IMG/VR virus record: IMGVR_UViG_3300035701_000002
Reading direction: 5' to 3' (one strand)
Length of the DNA: 64,000 nt
Source of the DNA: a virus
Shown: positions 26,072 through 35,853 of the stretch, piece by piece
Position numbering within the stretch: the first letter of the stretch is position 1
How the letters are laid out: every line of letters begins with the position of its first letter
Program-made: the position numbers and the translations under genes
Notes under the pieces: generated by a model
Databases searched by the model: none
What the model was told of the DNA's origin: nothing
The model's input: the letters and a program-made list of their open reading frames with translations, nothing else

Positions 26072-26769
26072 TTCATGTACCTGGCCATGGCCTGGTCGAG
26101 TTCCGGGACGAAAACGTCGGAGATGACCTTCTTGAGGCGGTCCATGAAGTCCTTCATGACCCCGTCGAACTTGCCCTCCGGATACTTGGTCTCACCCTCG
26201 TCCGTCTTCGTCATGGTCCTCTGGAACGACAGGGAGACCTTACCCTCCTTCGTGACGCGGATGCCCTTCATCCCGGCGAGCGCCCTGGGGGCAGCCTTGG
26301 CGGCGGCGTGATCGACCTTGCGGGCCATGGATCCGCGTCCGGCCGGCCTTCGGGCGTCCCGTGCCGGCCTTCGGGCGTCCCGTGCCGGCCTTCGGGCGTC
26401 CTGGACCGGAGATCGGGCATCCTTCATCCTGGAGATTCGCGACACGTCGCCGCCCTTCGTAAGACCGTAGGTTCTGAAAACGAGATTGTCTATCTCCGAC
26501 TCCAGAATCTCAGCGGACTGTGAGGCCTCGTCGAGCTTCTCCGGAGGGACATCCATCGAGTCGATGTCGAGGACTATCTCGAAGAGGATGGTGTTCCCGG
26601 AGACGTGCGAGAAGACCTCGTAGTCCTTGAGCTTCTCCATCTTCTGGAACCCGGCGTCGTCGAGGGCCTTCTTCAGGGCCTTGAGACCGAGCTTGGCCAC
26701 GTCGTCGACCACAGACGACACGACAATGCGGTTCAGGGCGGTGGTCAGGGATGTGGCGAGGTCCGACAT
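26068..26769 (-). CDS. hypothetical protein containing DARRPAR x4 tandem repeat
   Basis: 233-aa ORF; ATG at 26769 verified. Its start abuts the TAG stop of the GIY-YIG gene (TAGATG). Confidence 0.5.
   Translation of the reverse strand: MSDLATSLTTALNRIVVSSVVDDVAKLGLKALKKALDDAGFQKMEKLKDYEVFSHVSGNTILFEIVLDIDSMDVPPEKLDEASQSAEILESEIDNLVFRTYGLTKGGDVSRISRMKDARSPVQDARRPARDARRPARDARRPAGRGSMARKVDHAAAKAAPRALAGMKGIRVTKEGKVSLSFQRTMTKTDEGETKYPEGKFDGVMKDFMDRLKKVISDVFVPELDQAMARYMK
26336..26406. repeat. 21-bp tandem repeat (cggccttcgggcgtcccgtgc) x ~3.3, in-frame coding
   Basis: Direct inspection of 26336-26406. It encodes the repeated RDARRPA units of the 26068..26769 product. Confidence 0.8.
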
Positions 26770-27657
26770 CTAACGATGCTCGTGATAAGAAATTGCTTTC
26801 CTCGTGACACCCAAGACATTGGCGATTTCCGACTGAGTGAAACCGTCCGTTCTGAGCAGACGAATTAGGCTTATGTCCATAGGACTAAGCTTGGCACACA
26901 CTTCCCTGTGCCTCTGACGAGCCTCATCGGTTTGAGTCGAGGCGATAGTGTTCAAAGACCTGGAAGTCTTGGACCTCCGATCCCTATCTTTCCGAACGTC
27001 TTCATCAGTCCAAGATTCCATGGAAATTCGCAATGATTCCCTCATCTTTCGGGAATGTGCCGCCCGCAACTCCGGAGGCTTCAAAAAGTTCTGAATCGAA
27101 ACGTTGTTCGAAATCTTAGCCCGGTGCTCCGGACTAAGAGCCTTACCCCTATGGGATTCGGAATTCCTGGAGCGAGCCTCTGGAGTCCCATGGATAGCCC
27201 GGTTTATCTCCGAACGTTTGGCCTTCGACTCCGGGGTCGAATATGCTGAACTTCGCTTCTCGTTGGACCTAGGGGAATGAAGATGGCTCTTATCAACGAG
27301 AGCCTGTTTGGAGCGATACGCTGGATTATCCCACGGATTTTGGATCGGGTGTGGCGTATGACTGCCGCCCTTCGCCAGGTTGAAGCCCTTCTCCGGGTTC
27401 CTAGTATCTAGAAGGAAGATCCAGGCCTCCTCGACAAGATTCGCCTCGTCAAGGGAGTCGCAGACCCCGAGGACGTGGTGAGAGAAGGCCTGAGGTCCAT
27501 ACCTCCGGATGGCGTTCGGGAAATGCCACCGACCGCCCTTCGAAGAACGAGACTGAGTGACGTGCTGAGACCAGCGACGACCTATGGACCTAGAAGTCAG
27601 ACCGATGTAACGGCGCCCGTCAGCGATGAGCGTATGGCAATAGATCGTCCAGGGCAT
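26770..27657 (-). CDS. GIY-YIG homing endonuclease with NUMOD3-like repeats and C-terminal HTH (paralog of 14573..15496)
   Basis: GIY-YIG region WTIYCHTLIADGRRYIGLT...RWSQHV...EKGFN. Repeats SPE(H/A)RAKIS and TPEARSRNS. C-terminal HTH LRTDGFTQSEIANVLGVTRKAISYHE. Confidence 0.8.
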   Translation of the reverse strand: MPWTIYCHTLIADGRRYIGLTSRSIGRRWSQHVTQSRSSKGGRWHFPNAIRRYGPQAFSHHVLGVCDSLDEANLVEEAWIFLLDTRNPEKGFNLAKGGSHTPHPIQNPWDNPAYRSKQALVDKSHLHSPRSNEKRSSAYSTPESKAKRSEINRAIHGTPEARSRNSESHRGKALSPEHRAKISNNVSIQNFLKPPELRAAHSRKMRESLRISMESWTDEDVRKDRDRRSKTSRSLNTIASTQTDEARQRHREVCAKLSPMDISLIRLLRTDGFTQSEIANVLGVTRKAISYHEHR

Positions 27658-27684
27658 CCTGAACGGTACTGTTCCACAAAGGCT

Positions 27685-29112
27685 CTAGCGTCTCTGCGTG
27701 TTCTCGAAAACGACAGTGTTTCCCCTGATCTCCCTCTCGTCCGGGATCGAGTCGCGCTCGGTCGTCATCGGGGTCGAGTCGCCCCTTCCAGGTACGATGT
27801 ACCTGGTCTGCGGGGATACGAGGACGGTGGTGTCGAGGACCGGGACCGTCGTCCGCATGTCGTTGGAGTCGAGCTTGGAGATGGAGAAGAACTGCTGGAG
27901 TTGCATCCCGCGGTTCGTCGGCATCCTGACTGCGCCGACGCCATAGCGGTCGCCGTTCAGCTTCACGAGGAAGTCCCTCTGAGAGAGGAGCGGGCTCGGG
28001 CCGGTCCATGTGTCGTACGGATGGGCGACCGTGCGGCCGCGGTTGTTCTGGCCGACGGCCCTCTCGCCGTCCTCCGGCGAGATGATGATGTCGAACGGGC
28101 CGTCATAGCCGCCGACTATCCCAGTACCGAAGCAGACAGCGCAGTCGGCGGACGGCTGCTTGTTCGTAACACTGTAGCACCCGCACCTCGGACCGACGGT
28201 CTTACGGATGAAGACCTTCACCCTCTCGCCGCCCTGGTAGAGGAGCCATTTGTTCCTACGGACCGCCTCCCGCCATATGTAGTCGAGCTGCTCAACCTGC
28301 CTGTTGTTGCAGGTCGCCGCGCGGTCGAGGGGGGTCTCGACGACCTCGCCGGTCCTCACGTCGCGGCCGACCGTGGTGGCGCGGTAGAAGATCTTCTGGT
28401 CGAGGCCGTTCGGGATCTCGTCCTGCGGGAGGTACCGGTATGTGACGAGCGTCACGTCGCCGGGCACGCCGGACGAGCCGGGGCCCGCGCTTCCGCCAGA
28501 GCCGACGGCGCCGGTCGGGAGGTACTTCCGCGGCGCGAACGGGTCGCACGTCCCGTCCAAGGGCGGGACGGACGGAAGGACGGCCGGCTTCAGGACCTGG
28601 GACGCGACGTCGAAGGTCGGGTACTTCCGGAGCTTGATCTCCCCCGTGAGGGTGTTGATGCTCTCGACGTACGCCTGGACGCCGTTTATCGTGACGACGG
28701 CATTCAGGTTCGTGCAGTTCGAAGTCCCGGTGTCCGTGACGACGATGGGGGGATTCTTTACCTTGATGATCCAGTCGCCGTTCGGATCGGTCGCGCCCGT
28801 GGCCACGTACGAGTTCGAGGCGTCCTCCTGGACGGCCACCTTCGTGAGGACCTTGTCCCTGTAGAAGTTCGTGCCGATGGGCAGAAGGTTCAGGCGGTAG
28901 AACGGCCCGTACTCGGAGTCGTAGCTCCTGTAGACGTTCACGCCGAGGATGTCGAAGTCGGTGTTCGCCTGGAGCTCGGTCGGGGAGGACCATCGCAGGT
29001 CCGTCGTCCACTTCTCGAACCCGGAGAAGCACATCAGGTTCAGAGGCGGAAGCGGGCAAGCGGGCAGCGACTGCTCGAGTATGTGAACCGGCCTGTCGGG
29101 AGGGTAGGGCAT
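27685..29112 (-). CDS. hypothetical protein, probable structural (beta-rich, Cys cluster CGCYS...CAVCFG)
   Basis: 475-aa ORF. Confidence 0.5.
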   Translation of the reverse strand: MPYPPDRPVHILEQSLPACPLPPLNLMCFSGFEKWTTDLRWSSPTELQANTDFDILGVNVYRSYDSEYGPFYRLNLLPIGTNFYRDKVLTKVAVQEDASNSYVATGATDPNGDWIIKVKNPPIVVTDTGTSNCTNLNAVVTINGVQAYVESINTLTGEIKLRKYPTFDVASQVLKPAVLPSVPPLDGTCDPFAPRKYLPTGAVGSGGSAGPGSSGVPGDVTLVTYRYLPQDEIPNGLDQKIFYRATTVGRDVRTGEVVETPLDRAATCNNRQVEQLDYIWREAVRRNKWLLYQGGERVKVFIRKTVGPRCGCYSVTNKQPSADCAVCFGTGIVGGYDGPFDIIISPEDGERAVGQNNRGRTVAHPYDTWTGPSPLLSQRDFLVKLNGDRYGVGAVRMPTNRGMQLQQFFSISKLDSNDMRTTVPVLDTTVLVSPQTRYIVPGRGDSTPMTTERDSIPDEREIRGNTVVFENTQRR

Positions 29113-29146
29113 ATCCCCTCACCGGGAGCGATTAGAGGCCGCGCGG

Positions 29147-29476
29147 TCAGGCCTCGGCCGGAGCGGGGGACGGAGAGCCGTTCTGACCCTCGGGGGAGGG
29201 TTCCTGGGCGGGAGCCGGGTCCTGACAGAGGACGTTGAGGACGCCGTCGTCCATGAGCTCCGCGTGGTTGACCTGCGCCGGGTCGATTCCGGCCTCGGCA
29301 TAGACCCTCTCGAAAAGCTTCTGGCGGGCGAGCCAGATGCTGCGGACGGCCCCCTTCGCGTCGTCCGCCTGGATGGCCAGCTTCGTGTGCTGCGTCGACC
29401 AGTGCTCGATGGACGCCTCGAACTTCTTGAGGCTCTCGATGTCATCCGGGGAGAGCTTCGCCTGACGGTGTACCAT
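29147..29476 (-). CDS. hypothetical protein
   Basis: 109-aa ORF. Confidence 0.45.
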   Translation of the reverse strand: MVHRQAKLSPDDIESLKKFEASIEHWSTQHTKLAIQADDAKGAVRSIWLARQKLFERVYAEAGIDPAQVNHAELMDDGVLNVLCQDPAPAQEPSPEGQNGSPSPAPAEA

Positions 29477-29496
29477 GGCCGTACGATACCGTCCGG

Positions 29497-29994
29497 CTAG
29501 TCGTCGGAGTCCTCATAGTCGTCGGAGGAGAGGTCCGTGACGGCTATGGCCACCTCGATGGGCTTCATGACAACGCCGGTGGAGCGAAGGGAGAGCTCCT
29601 TCGCGGTGGTGGCGACGGCCTCCTTCACGGCGGCGAAGAGCTCCGACTGGAACTTCTTCAGAAGCTTGTTCTTGGACGAGTCCCCCTCGAAGTCGGCGGT
29701 CAGGGAAAGCTCCACGTTGAGGGAGTACTCAGTCCCGGGCTTGAGGACGTCCTTCCTGGGCTTCGACACCTTCTTGACGGGCTTCTTCGCCGGCTTCCTG
29801 CGAGCTGCGACGACGGTCGCAGGCTGATGCGGGCCGGTCCGGACGCACTCGGCGCACATGGCGGCGGCGACTTCGGAGACGGACAGGTCCCCTCCGCACT
29901 GGGCGCATTTCCCGGCCGTTCCTGCATACCCGGTGGCGACGCGGGCGGCGACGTGGATGAGGTCCATGCGGGGCCGCGGGGATAAGAGGCCCAC
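29497..29994 (-). CDS. zinc-ribbon protein with Lys-rich basic linker and acidic tail (possible DNA-binding)
   Basis: CAQCGG...CAECV, then RRKPAKKPVKKVSKPRK, and a ...SSDDYEDSDD C-terminus. Confidence 0.45.
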   Translation of the reverse strand: MGLLSPRPRMDLIHVAARVATGYAGTAGKCAQCGGDLSVSEVAAAMCAECVRTGPHQPATVVAARRKPAKKPVKKVSKPRKDVLKPGTEYSLNVELSLTADFEGDSSKNKLLKKFQSELFAAVKEAVATTAKELSLRSTGVVMKPIEVAIAVTDLSSDDYEDSDD

Positions 29995-29995
29995 G

Positions 29996-30895
29996 TCAGA
30001 TCCCGAGGAACCGGCGGGGCGTGAGGGCGCCGCGGCCGACGGAAGGGCCGAACGACGACCTGATGCCGACGCCGAAGCGGGACTGCTTGAGGCCGCGGAT
30101 GACCTTGACGGTCTCCTTGGCCGCGACCACGAACTCGGAGAAGCGGGACTGGGCGTCGCCCGCCATGCTCTGGTACTTCGAGCTCTTCTCCAGGTCGAGG
30201 GACACCCCGCCGATGGAGTACGAGAACTCGTCCAGGACCCAGTTCAGGGTGAGTGCCGATATGGAGTGCACCATAGCGCCGGTCAGGAGGAGAGTCCGCC
30301 AGTTCCTGTGCTGCGAGATCAGCATGTCGAGCGTCTCGTAGAAGGTCTGGGGAGGGTACATGTTGATCGCGTCGTTCGAGACGCGGAGGAACTCGAGGAG
30401 CTCGTAGTCCTCCCAGATGTACCCGAAGACGCGCGTGAACTGGTTGACCGTCTCCTCGCCCGCCGGGGGCGCGAAGTGATAGTTCCTGGCCGGGTTATTG
30501 TCGCGGAGCATGATCCGGAGCCCGCGCACGAGGTCGTACTCGACCGGGGTGATCCCGCAGATCGTGACGACCTGAGTGGCATTGTCGACGATGGCGAACT
30601 CCTGTACCACCTGGGCCTGGGGCGAGTTCACGTACTCGTTGAAGTACCATCGCACCCGGTATTTCCCGATGTTCGCGTCGATCGGGACGATGAAGGAGGC
30701 ATAATACTCCCCGACGGCCGGGTTGACCGGCTGGCGAGGGGCCGGCGGGAGGGTGACCTCGACCCCGGTGGTGAAGTCGTACAGGGCGTACGATATCTTC
30801 GCCGCGTTCTTCGGCGACCCGTCCTTGGACTTCAGGAAGATGTTGAGGCCGTTGGCCCGGGAGAGCTCTTGGCCGCGGCGGAATGTGACGGACAT
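29996..30895 (-). CDS. hypothetical protein
   Basis: 299-aa ORF. Confidence 0.5.
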   Translation of the reverse strand: MSVTFRRGQELSRANGLNIFLKSKDGSPKNAAKISYALYDFTTGVEVTLPPAPRQPVNPAVGEYYASFIVPIDANIGKYRVRWYFNEYVNSPQAQVVQEFAIVDNATQVVTICGITPVEYDLVRGLRIMLRDNNPARNYHFAPPAGEETVNQFTRVFGYIWEDYELLEFLRVSNDAINMYPPQTFYETLDMLISQHRNWRTLLLTGAMVHSISALTLNWVLDEFSYSIGGVSLDLEKSSKYQSMAGDAQSRFSEFVVAAKETVKVIRGLKQSRFGVGIRSSFGPSVGRGALTPRRFLGI

Positions 30896-30903
30896 GATGG
30901 ACC

Positions 30904-31173
30904 CTACTTGCCGCCCTTCATGTGCTTGAACATCTCGACGTCCTCAAGGCGGTCGTCTGCCTCGCCCTTGGTCGGGTAGCACCCGCCAGACCAGTCCGGA
31001 TTCTTCTCGGACTTGACACAGTACCCCTTCCCCGGAGTCTTCCTGATGACGCCCGTTTCCTCTCTCTGGGACAGGACCTCACGACCCCCGTAGTCCGGAC
31101 GATCGGAGAGAGGCTGGGTGAGGCCGGCAGCCACGCGGGCGGCGATCCGGAGGAGGCTCATGAAAACGGGCAT
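30904..31173 (-). CDS. hypothetical small protein
   Basis: 89-aa ORF divergent from the ligase gene. Confidence 0.4.
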   Translation of the reverse strand: MPVFMSLLRIAARVAAGLTQPLSDRPDYGGREVLSQREETGVIRKTPGKGYCVKSEKNPDWSGGCYPTKGEADDRLEDVEMFKHMKGGK

Positions 31174-31223
31174 GGATTAGAAGGCCAGCCGTAAATGATC
31201 ATGGGGACGATGTAGGGGGCAGC

Positions 31224-31868
31224 ATGACGGAGACACGCCCATCGGTCCCCTCGTGGTGGCTCTTCCCCTTCAAGCCCGTCAGGGTCCGCGAGTCCATCTT
31301 CGAGTCCATCGACCCTCAGAAGTACATCCTCGAGAAGAAGTACGACGGATGGAGGGCGCTCCTGATCGCCGGTCCGGTGCCGACCCTGTGGACCAGGGAG
31401 AAGACCAGGATCGACATGCCGGACAACCTTCGCCCGCAGATCGAGTCCCTAAACCTCCCCGACGGGACGGTCCTGGACGGGGAGATCTGGACTCCGGAGA
31501 AGAGAGGGGCCTGGCGGCACAACAAGGGAGTGGACTGCAGGCTAACGCTCTGGGACGCAATCCGGTCCGGGAAGCGCGACCTTTCGGCCCTCCCGCTCGA
31601 GGCGCGGCGGACGGAGCTCGAGTCCCTCCTCGGCGCCGGGACCCGGGACGTCGGGATCGTCGAGTGGCTGCCCGCCGACGCGGCGTCGTACGCGACGGTC
31701 AGGGCGGAGGCCGAGTCATTTCGCGAGCAGGCTCAGTCCAGGTCGGGCTTCATCCACGGCGCCGTTCTGAAGAGGAGAGGGTCTCCTCGACGAGATCACG
31801 CTGTCCGGTGCGTCGAGCACGCAGACTGGCTGAAGATTGTCGTGGACGGGATGAACTCCGGCGCCTAG
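31224..31868 (+). CDS. minimal ATP-dependent DNA/RNA ligase-like nucleotidyltransferase (adenylation domain only)
   Basis: Motif I EKKYDGWRALL (KxDGxR), motif III VLDGEIW, motif V HGAVLKRR. AGGGGG lies 5 nt upstream of the ATG. Only 214 aa, with no room for an OB domain. Its 3' end overlaps the UGD ORF convergently. Confidence 0.6.
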   Translation: MTETRPSVPSWWLFPFKPVRVRESIFESIDPQKYILEKKYDGWRALLIAGPVPTLWTREKTRIDMPDNLRPQIESLNLPDGTVLDGEIWTPEKRGAWRHNKGVDCRLTLWDAIRSGKRDLSALPLEARRTELESLLGAGTRDVGIVEWLPADAASYATVRAEAESFREQAQSRSGFIHGAVLKRRGSPRRDHAVRCVEHADWLKIVVDGMNSGA

Positions 31869-33197
31869 GTCGCGGGAGCTGCGCCGGCGTCCGCGGCATA
31901 TGCTGTAGAAACGCAACCCGAAAGAGTCGAAGTCAGACTGATCCCAGACATTCCTTCCGTCGAAGACGGTGATGTCGGGGGACTGCTTCTTGATCTCCTC
32001 GATGTCCGGACTCCTGTACTGGCGCCATTCGGTGCACAGGACGAGAGCGTCCGCACCGGAGGCGGACGCGTATATGTCGTCGCAGTAGGACACCCTGTCG
32101 CCGTACAGGGAGCGGAACTGCTCCATGGCCTGCGGATCGTGGACCGTGACGGACGCGCCGTGCTTCAGCATCTCGTCCACGAGCGGGATGCTCGGTGAAT
32201 CCCGGACGTCGTCGGTCTCCGCCTTGAAGGAGAGGCCCCATACGGTGATGCGCCTCCCTCGAAGATTTCCGAGGCACTTTCGGACAAGCCTGGGGAGGAG
32301 CCTCCTCTGGAAGTCGTTCGCCTCCTTCGCGGCCCTAACGACCCTAAGGTCGTGGCCGGCGGACTCCGCCATGTGGAGGAGGGCCGAGACGTCCTTCGGG
32401 AGGCAGGATCCGCCGTAGCCCGGACCGGGATAGAGGTACTGGGGGCCGATGCGGGAGTCCGCGCCGACGCTCTCGCGGACCTTGTTAATGTCCGCCCCGA
32501 CGGACATGGCGAAGTTCGAGAGCTCGTTCATGAACGAGATTCGGGTGGCGAGGATGGAGTTCGAGGCGTACTTCACGAGCTCCGAAGACTCCGGATCCAT
32601 GACGAAGAACTTCGACGTTCCGGCGAACGGCTTATAGAGCCTGAGGAGGAGGTCCCGGGCGACCGGGCTCTCAGTGCCGATCACGACCCGGTCCGGACGC
32701 ATGAAGTCCTCGCATGCCGTCCCCTCGCGCAGGAACTCCGGGTTGGACGCGACGTGCGCCCACCCTCCCTCGACGTACGAGGCGAGTATTCTGGCGAATG
32801 TCCTTGTCGTGCCGACCGGGACGGTGCTCTTGATGACCACGACCTTCCCGGTATCCCCGGTCTTCCTCATGACCTCGCCGACCGTCCGGGCGGAAGACAT
32901 GACCTGCGACAGGTCGGCAGACCCGTCGTTGGCCTGGGGGGTACCGACGGCGACGAACACGATGTCGGCCATCTCGACGGCCATCGCGACGTCGGAAGTA
33001 AAGTCGATACGGCCCTCCTCAAGGTTGTTCTCGAGAAGGCGGTCCAGGCCGGGCTCGTAGATGGGGAGTACCCCGTCCTTCAGAGAGCGAACCTTGTCCA
33101 CGTTCGTGTCAGCGCACACGACCTCGTTGCCGAATTCGGAAAGGCCGATTCCGGTCACGAGTCCGACGTACCCAGCCCCTAGGATCGTGATTTTCAT
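31716..33197 (-). CDS. ugd: UDP-glucose 6-dehydrogenase
   Basis: N-terminal NAD-binding motif MKITILGAGYVGLVTG, catalytic region GGSCLPKD, and a UDP-binding C-terminal domain. A C-terminal tail of about 50 aa extends past the usual end. ATG at 33197 verified. Confidence 0.9.
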   Translation of the reverse strand: MKITILGAGYVGLVTGIGLSEFGNEVVCADTNVDKVRSLKDGVLPIYEPGLDRLLENNLEEGRIDFTSDVAMAVEMADIVFVAVGTPQANDGSADLSQVMSSARTVGEVMRKTGDTGKVVVIKSTVPVGTTRTFARILASYVEGGWAHVASNPEFLREGTACEDFMRPDRVVIGTESPVARDLLLRLYKPFAGTSKFFVMDPESSELVKYASNSILATRISFMNELSNFAMSVGADINKVRESVGADSRIGPQYLYPGPGYGGSCLPKDVSALLHMAESAGHDLRVVRAAKEANDFQRRLLPRLVRKCLGNLRGRRITVWGLSFKAETDDVRDSPSIPLVDEMLKHGASVTVHDPQAMEQFRSLYGDRVSYCDDIYASASGADALVLCTEWRQYRSPDIEEIKKQSPDITVFDGRNVWDQSDFDSFGLRFYSICRGRRRSSRDLGAGVHPVHDNLQPVCVLDAPDSVISSRRPSPLQNGAVDEARPGLSLLAK

Positions 33198-34744
33198 TTT
33201 GCCACCGGTTTGTCGTTCGAACGGAGGATGAAGCCCGGAAGGGCTCCCTGCCCCATGGAGTGCTCGTACCGGACCCCGGGGGACCCCGGATTGAACGGGA
33301 TTGCGAGCTTCGAGCGGACCTCGCTCTCCACCTGGTCGCGGAGGACCACTATCTGCTCTCCGCTCAGGTGGTCGGTGAAGACATAAGAGTGGTACCCGCC
33401 GGAAGGGTCACCCTTGTAGTAGTCCGCGATCTCGCAGTAGTCCACGTCGTGGGAGTGGAGACGGTCCCCGGACTTCTTGCACGTGTATGTCCAGACGTTC
33501 GGCATGTCCGGATGTGGGACCGCCTCGTCGTAGTACGGAGTTCCGGGATACGTGGTTATGGTGGTGCAGTCGAAGTCGTCCGGGGCCTGCTGTATGAGCC
33601 AGTCGCGGACATCCAGTATCGACTTCTCGGACTCCCCAGGGTGGCCGACGCTCATCAGGGCCTTGACCTTCAGCCCGTACTTCCTGGAGATCTCGACGAC
33701 CTTGTTGTTGTCCTCGAGCGTGGCCCTCTTGTTTATGTTCTCGAGGATGCGAGGGTTGGCGGCCTCGAACCCGCACAGGATCCACCTGAAGCCCGCGCGA
33801 TACATGGACCGGGCCTGCTCCTCTGTGAAGAGCTCGGACTTCACAAAGCCGCGGAGGCGGAACTCGACGCCGAGCCTGGACTGAAGGTCCGCTATGGCGT
33901 CCATGAGCTCAACGATGCTCTTGTTCACGTTGAGCTCATCGTCATACATCATGAAGCCGGTGAAGCCGTACGTCTTGTGGAGGTACTCGATCTCGCCGAC
34001 GATCGACTCGGTGGAGCGAGTCCTGATGCGGCGGAGCATGTTCGAGTTCCGGCCGCCACAGAAGCCGCACCCGAACGGACACCCGAGCTGGGCGATGAGG
34101 GACGTGGCCGGGAACCCCTCGATCGCATATTTGTAGGAGGGGACGTCGACGAGATGGCGGGCGGGGTACGGCGTAGACTCGTACTCCGCGTTTGTCATGA
34201 ACAGGCCGCCCTTCGGGACGTCCGCGTCCACGACCTTCGGAGCTCCGTCCCGCATGGCCTCGAATATGGCGCTCTCGCCGTCCCCCGAGACGAGAACGTC
34301 GAATATGGATTCGAGCTTCTCGAGCGCCTTGTGGGCGCGCCCCGCCCGCCCGGCCTTCTGCTCGAGCTTCACGGCCGAATGGACCAGGGTGACGTGCGGC
34401 CCCCCGGCTATGATCCTGATGTCCGGACGGACCGACCTCAGGCGCTCGGCGATCTTCACCGCAGCCGGGAGCTGGGGGGTCGTGGCCGTTATCGCGACGA
34501 AACGCGACTCCGTGCGGGCGGCCTGAATGGCGGCCACCTCGACGAAATTCTCTATGCCGGACAGGTCAAGGAACTCGACCGGGTGTCCGGCCTTCTCGAG
34601 GGAGGCCGCAACCTTCAGAATCCCGAGGCTCATGAATACGCGCTCGTCCAGAAGGAACAGGGAGGGCGGAGTGACGAGGAGGACTCTGTCGTTCGGCACC
34701 GCACGGGCCGGAGTAGGACGAATGAGGTTGCCTGCCGGAATCAT
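33194..34744 (-). CDS. cobalamin-binding (class B) radical SAM enzyme
   Basis: N-terminal B12-binding-like Rossmann region (RVLLVTPPSLF...). Canonical radical-SAM cluster CPFGCGFC (CxxxCxxC). The start was refined to MIPAGNL (ATGA overlap with the upstream GT stop), so the listed N-terminal 18 aa are probably not translated. Confidence 0.8.
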   Translation of the reverse strand: MIPAGNLIRPTPARAVPNDRVLLVTPPSLFLLDERVFMSLGILKVAASLEKAGHPVEFLDLSGIENFVEVAAIQAARTESRFVAITATTPQLPAAVKIAERLRSVRPDIRIIAGGPHVTLVHSAVKLEQKAGRAGRAHKALEKLESIFDVLVSGDGESAIFEAMRDGAPKVVDADVPKGGLFMTNAEYESTPYPARHLVDVPSYKYAIEGFPATSLIAQLGCPFGCGFCGGRNSNMLRRIRTRSTESIVGEIEYLHKTYGFTGFMMYDDELNVNKSIVELMDAIADLQSRLGVEFRLRGFVKSELFTEEQARSMYRAGFRWILCGFEAANPRILENINKRATLEDNNKVVEISRKYGLKVKALMSVGHPGESEKSILDVRDWLIQQAPDDFDCTTITTYPGTPYYDEAVPHPDMPNVWTYTCKKSGDRLHSHDVDYCEIADYYKGDPSGGYHSYVFTDHLSGEQIVVLRDQVESEVRSKLAIPFNPGSPGVRYEHSMGQGALPGFILRSNDKPVAK

Positions 34745-35853
34745 CTCTTGCGTTTCTCCAGAATGATCTCCTCGAGACGACCCGCAAGGACTGACCACCT
34801 GTGGGCGTTCGCGAGCTTCAGGGACTTCTCCCTGACAGAGTTCTGGAAGACCTTGTCCTGAAGGCCCTTCACAACAAACTCAGCGAACTCGGGCAGCCTG
34901 TCCCTGACGGGGGCGCGAACGGCCGGTATGTGATCCCCGTATATCTGTCCTAGCGAGTCGACCGCCGATATGACCGGTATGGCGCCGGCCGCGCAGGCCT
35001 CCATGGTGGTGACGGAGAACCCCTCCGTGAACCGGATAGTGTCGCACGGATATGCGAGGACCTCGGCCTCGGACATCTCCCTGGCCATCTGCTTTCGGCT
35101 GACGGATCCGACCCTCGCTATGTCGAGGCCGGCCATGCGCCCCATGGAGAGGTCTATATACCTGGCCCTCCTGCCGAATTCGATGAAGTCGGGGATGTCG
35201 TGATGCTCGACAGGGATGAACCTGGAGACCCAGCCGTCCATGTTGTAGAAAACGCGCAGGTGGGCGTGAGGGACGGCCCTCTTGATGGACGGCCAGGCCT
35301 GCATGAGGAGGTGGAGCCCCCTGTCCGGGGACGAAGCGTAGACGACGCGACCGGGGACCTTGAGGGCAGGGTCGTACTGGTTCGGGTCGCACCCGTTCGG
35401 GAGGACGGTCCACTTGTGGGGCGAGGGAGTGTGGGAGCGGATGTACTCCATGTGGGACTGGGACGGGCTCGTGTACACGTCCACGAAGTCGTCGAACCCC
35501 GGACGGCAGTAGCCAAAGTCGTTGAGCTGCTGGTTCACCAGCCGCAGGACGCCGGGGGCGACGGCGCGGAGAACGTCGGGCTCGTTCCACGCGCAGACGG
35601 CGTCATATCCGTAGGACTCGCCGGCGAGGTTTCCGAACTCGCGGAGCGGTACGCCGTCGAACTCCGGGGCGTTGGGGCCCTGGACGAACAGGGACACCTG
35701 GTGGCCCATCCGGGCCATCTCCCTTGCAAAGCATATGCACGAGAGCTCAGAGCCCGTCAGGCCGCGAGGGGAGTCCCAGAGGGTGTTGAAGTCGATGAGG
35801 CGGCCGGCGAGGGTGAAAGGACCGTATACGAAGGCTATTTTTAGTCCTTGCAT
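34741..35853 (-). CDS. GT4-family glycosyltransferase (paralog A)
   Basis: EX7E motif FTEGFSVTTMEACAAG. Start refined to MQGLKIAF by alignment with the paralog at 36619..37764 (MRIAFLL...RGLTGSE...MGH.V.LF). GGTG lies 6 nt upstream. Confidence 0.75.
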   Translation of the reverse strand: MQGLKIAFVYGPFTLAGRLIDFNTLWDSPRGLTGSELSCICFAREMARMGHQVSLFVQGPNAPEFDGVPLREFGNLAGESYGYDAVCAWNEPDVLRAVAPGVLRLVNQQLNDFGYCRPGFDDFVDVYTSPSQSHMEYIRSHTPSPHKWTVLPNGCDPNQYDPALKVPGRVVYASSPDRGLHLLMQAWPSIKRAVPHAHLRVFYNMDGWVSRFIPVEHHDIPDFIEFGRRARYIDLSMGRMAGLDIARVGSVSRKQMAREMSEAEVLAYPCDTIRFTEGFSVTTMEACAAGAIPVISAVDSLGQIYGDHIPAVRAPVRDRLPEFAEFVVKGLQDKVFQNSVREKSLKLANAHRWSVLAGRLEEIILEKRKR

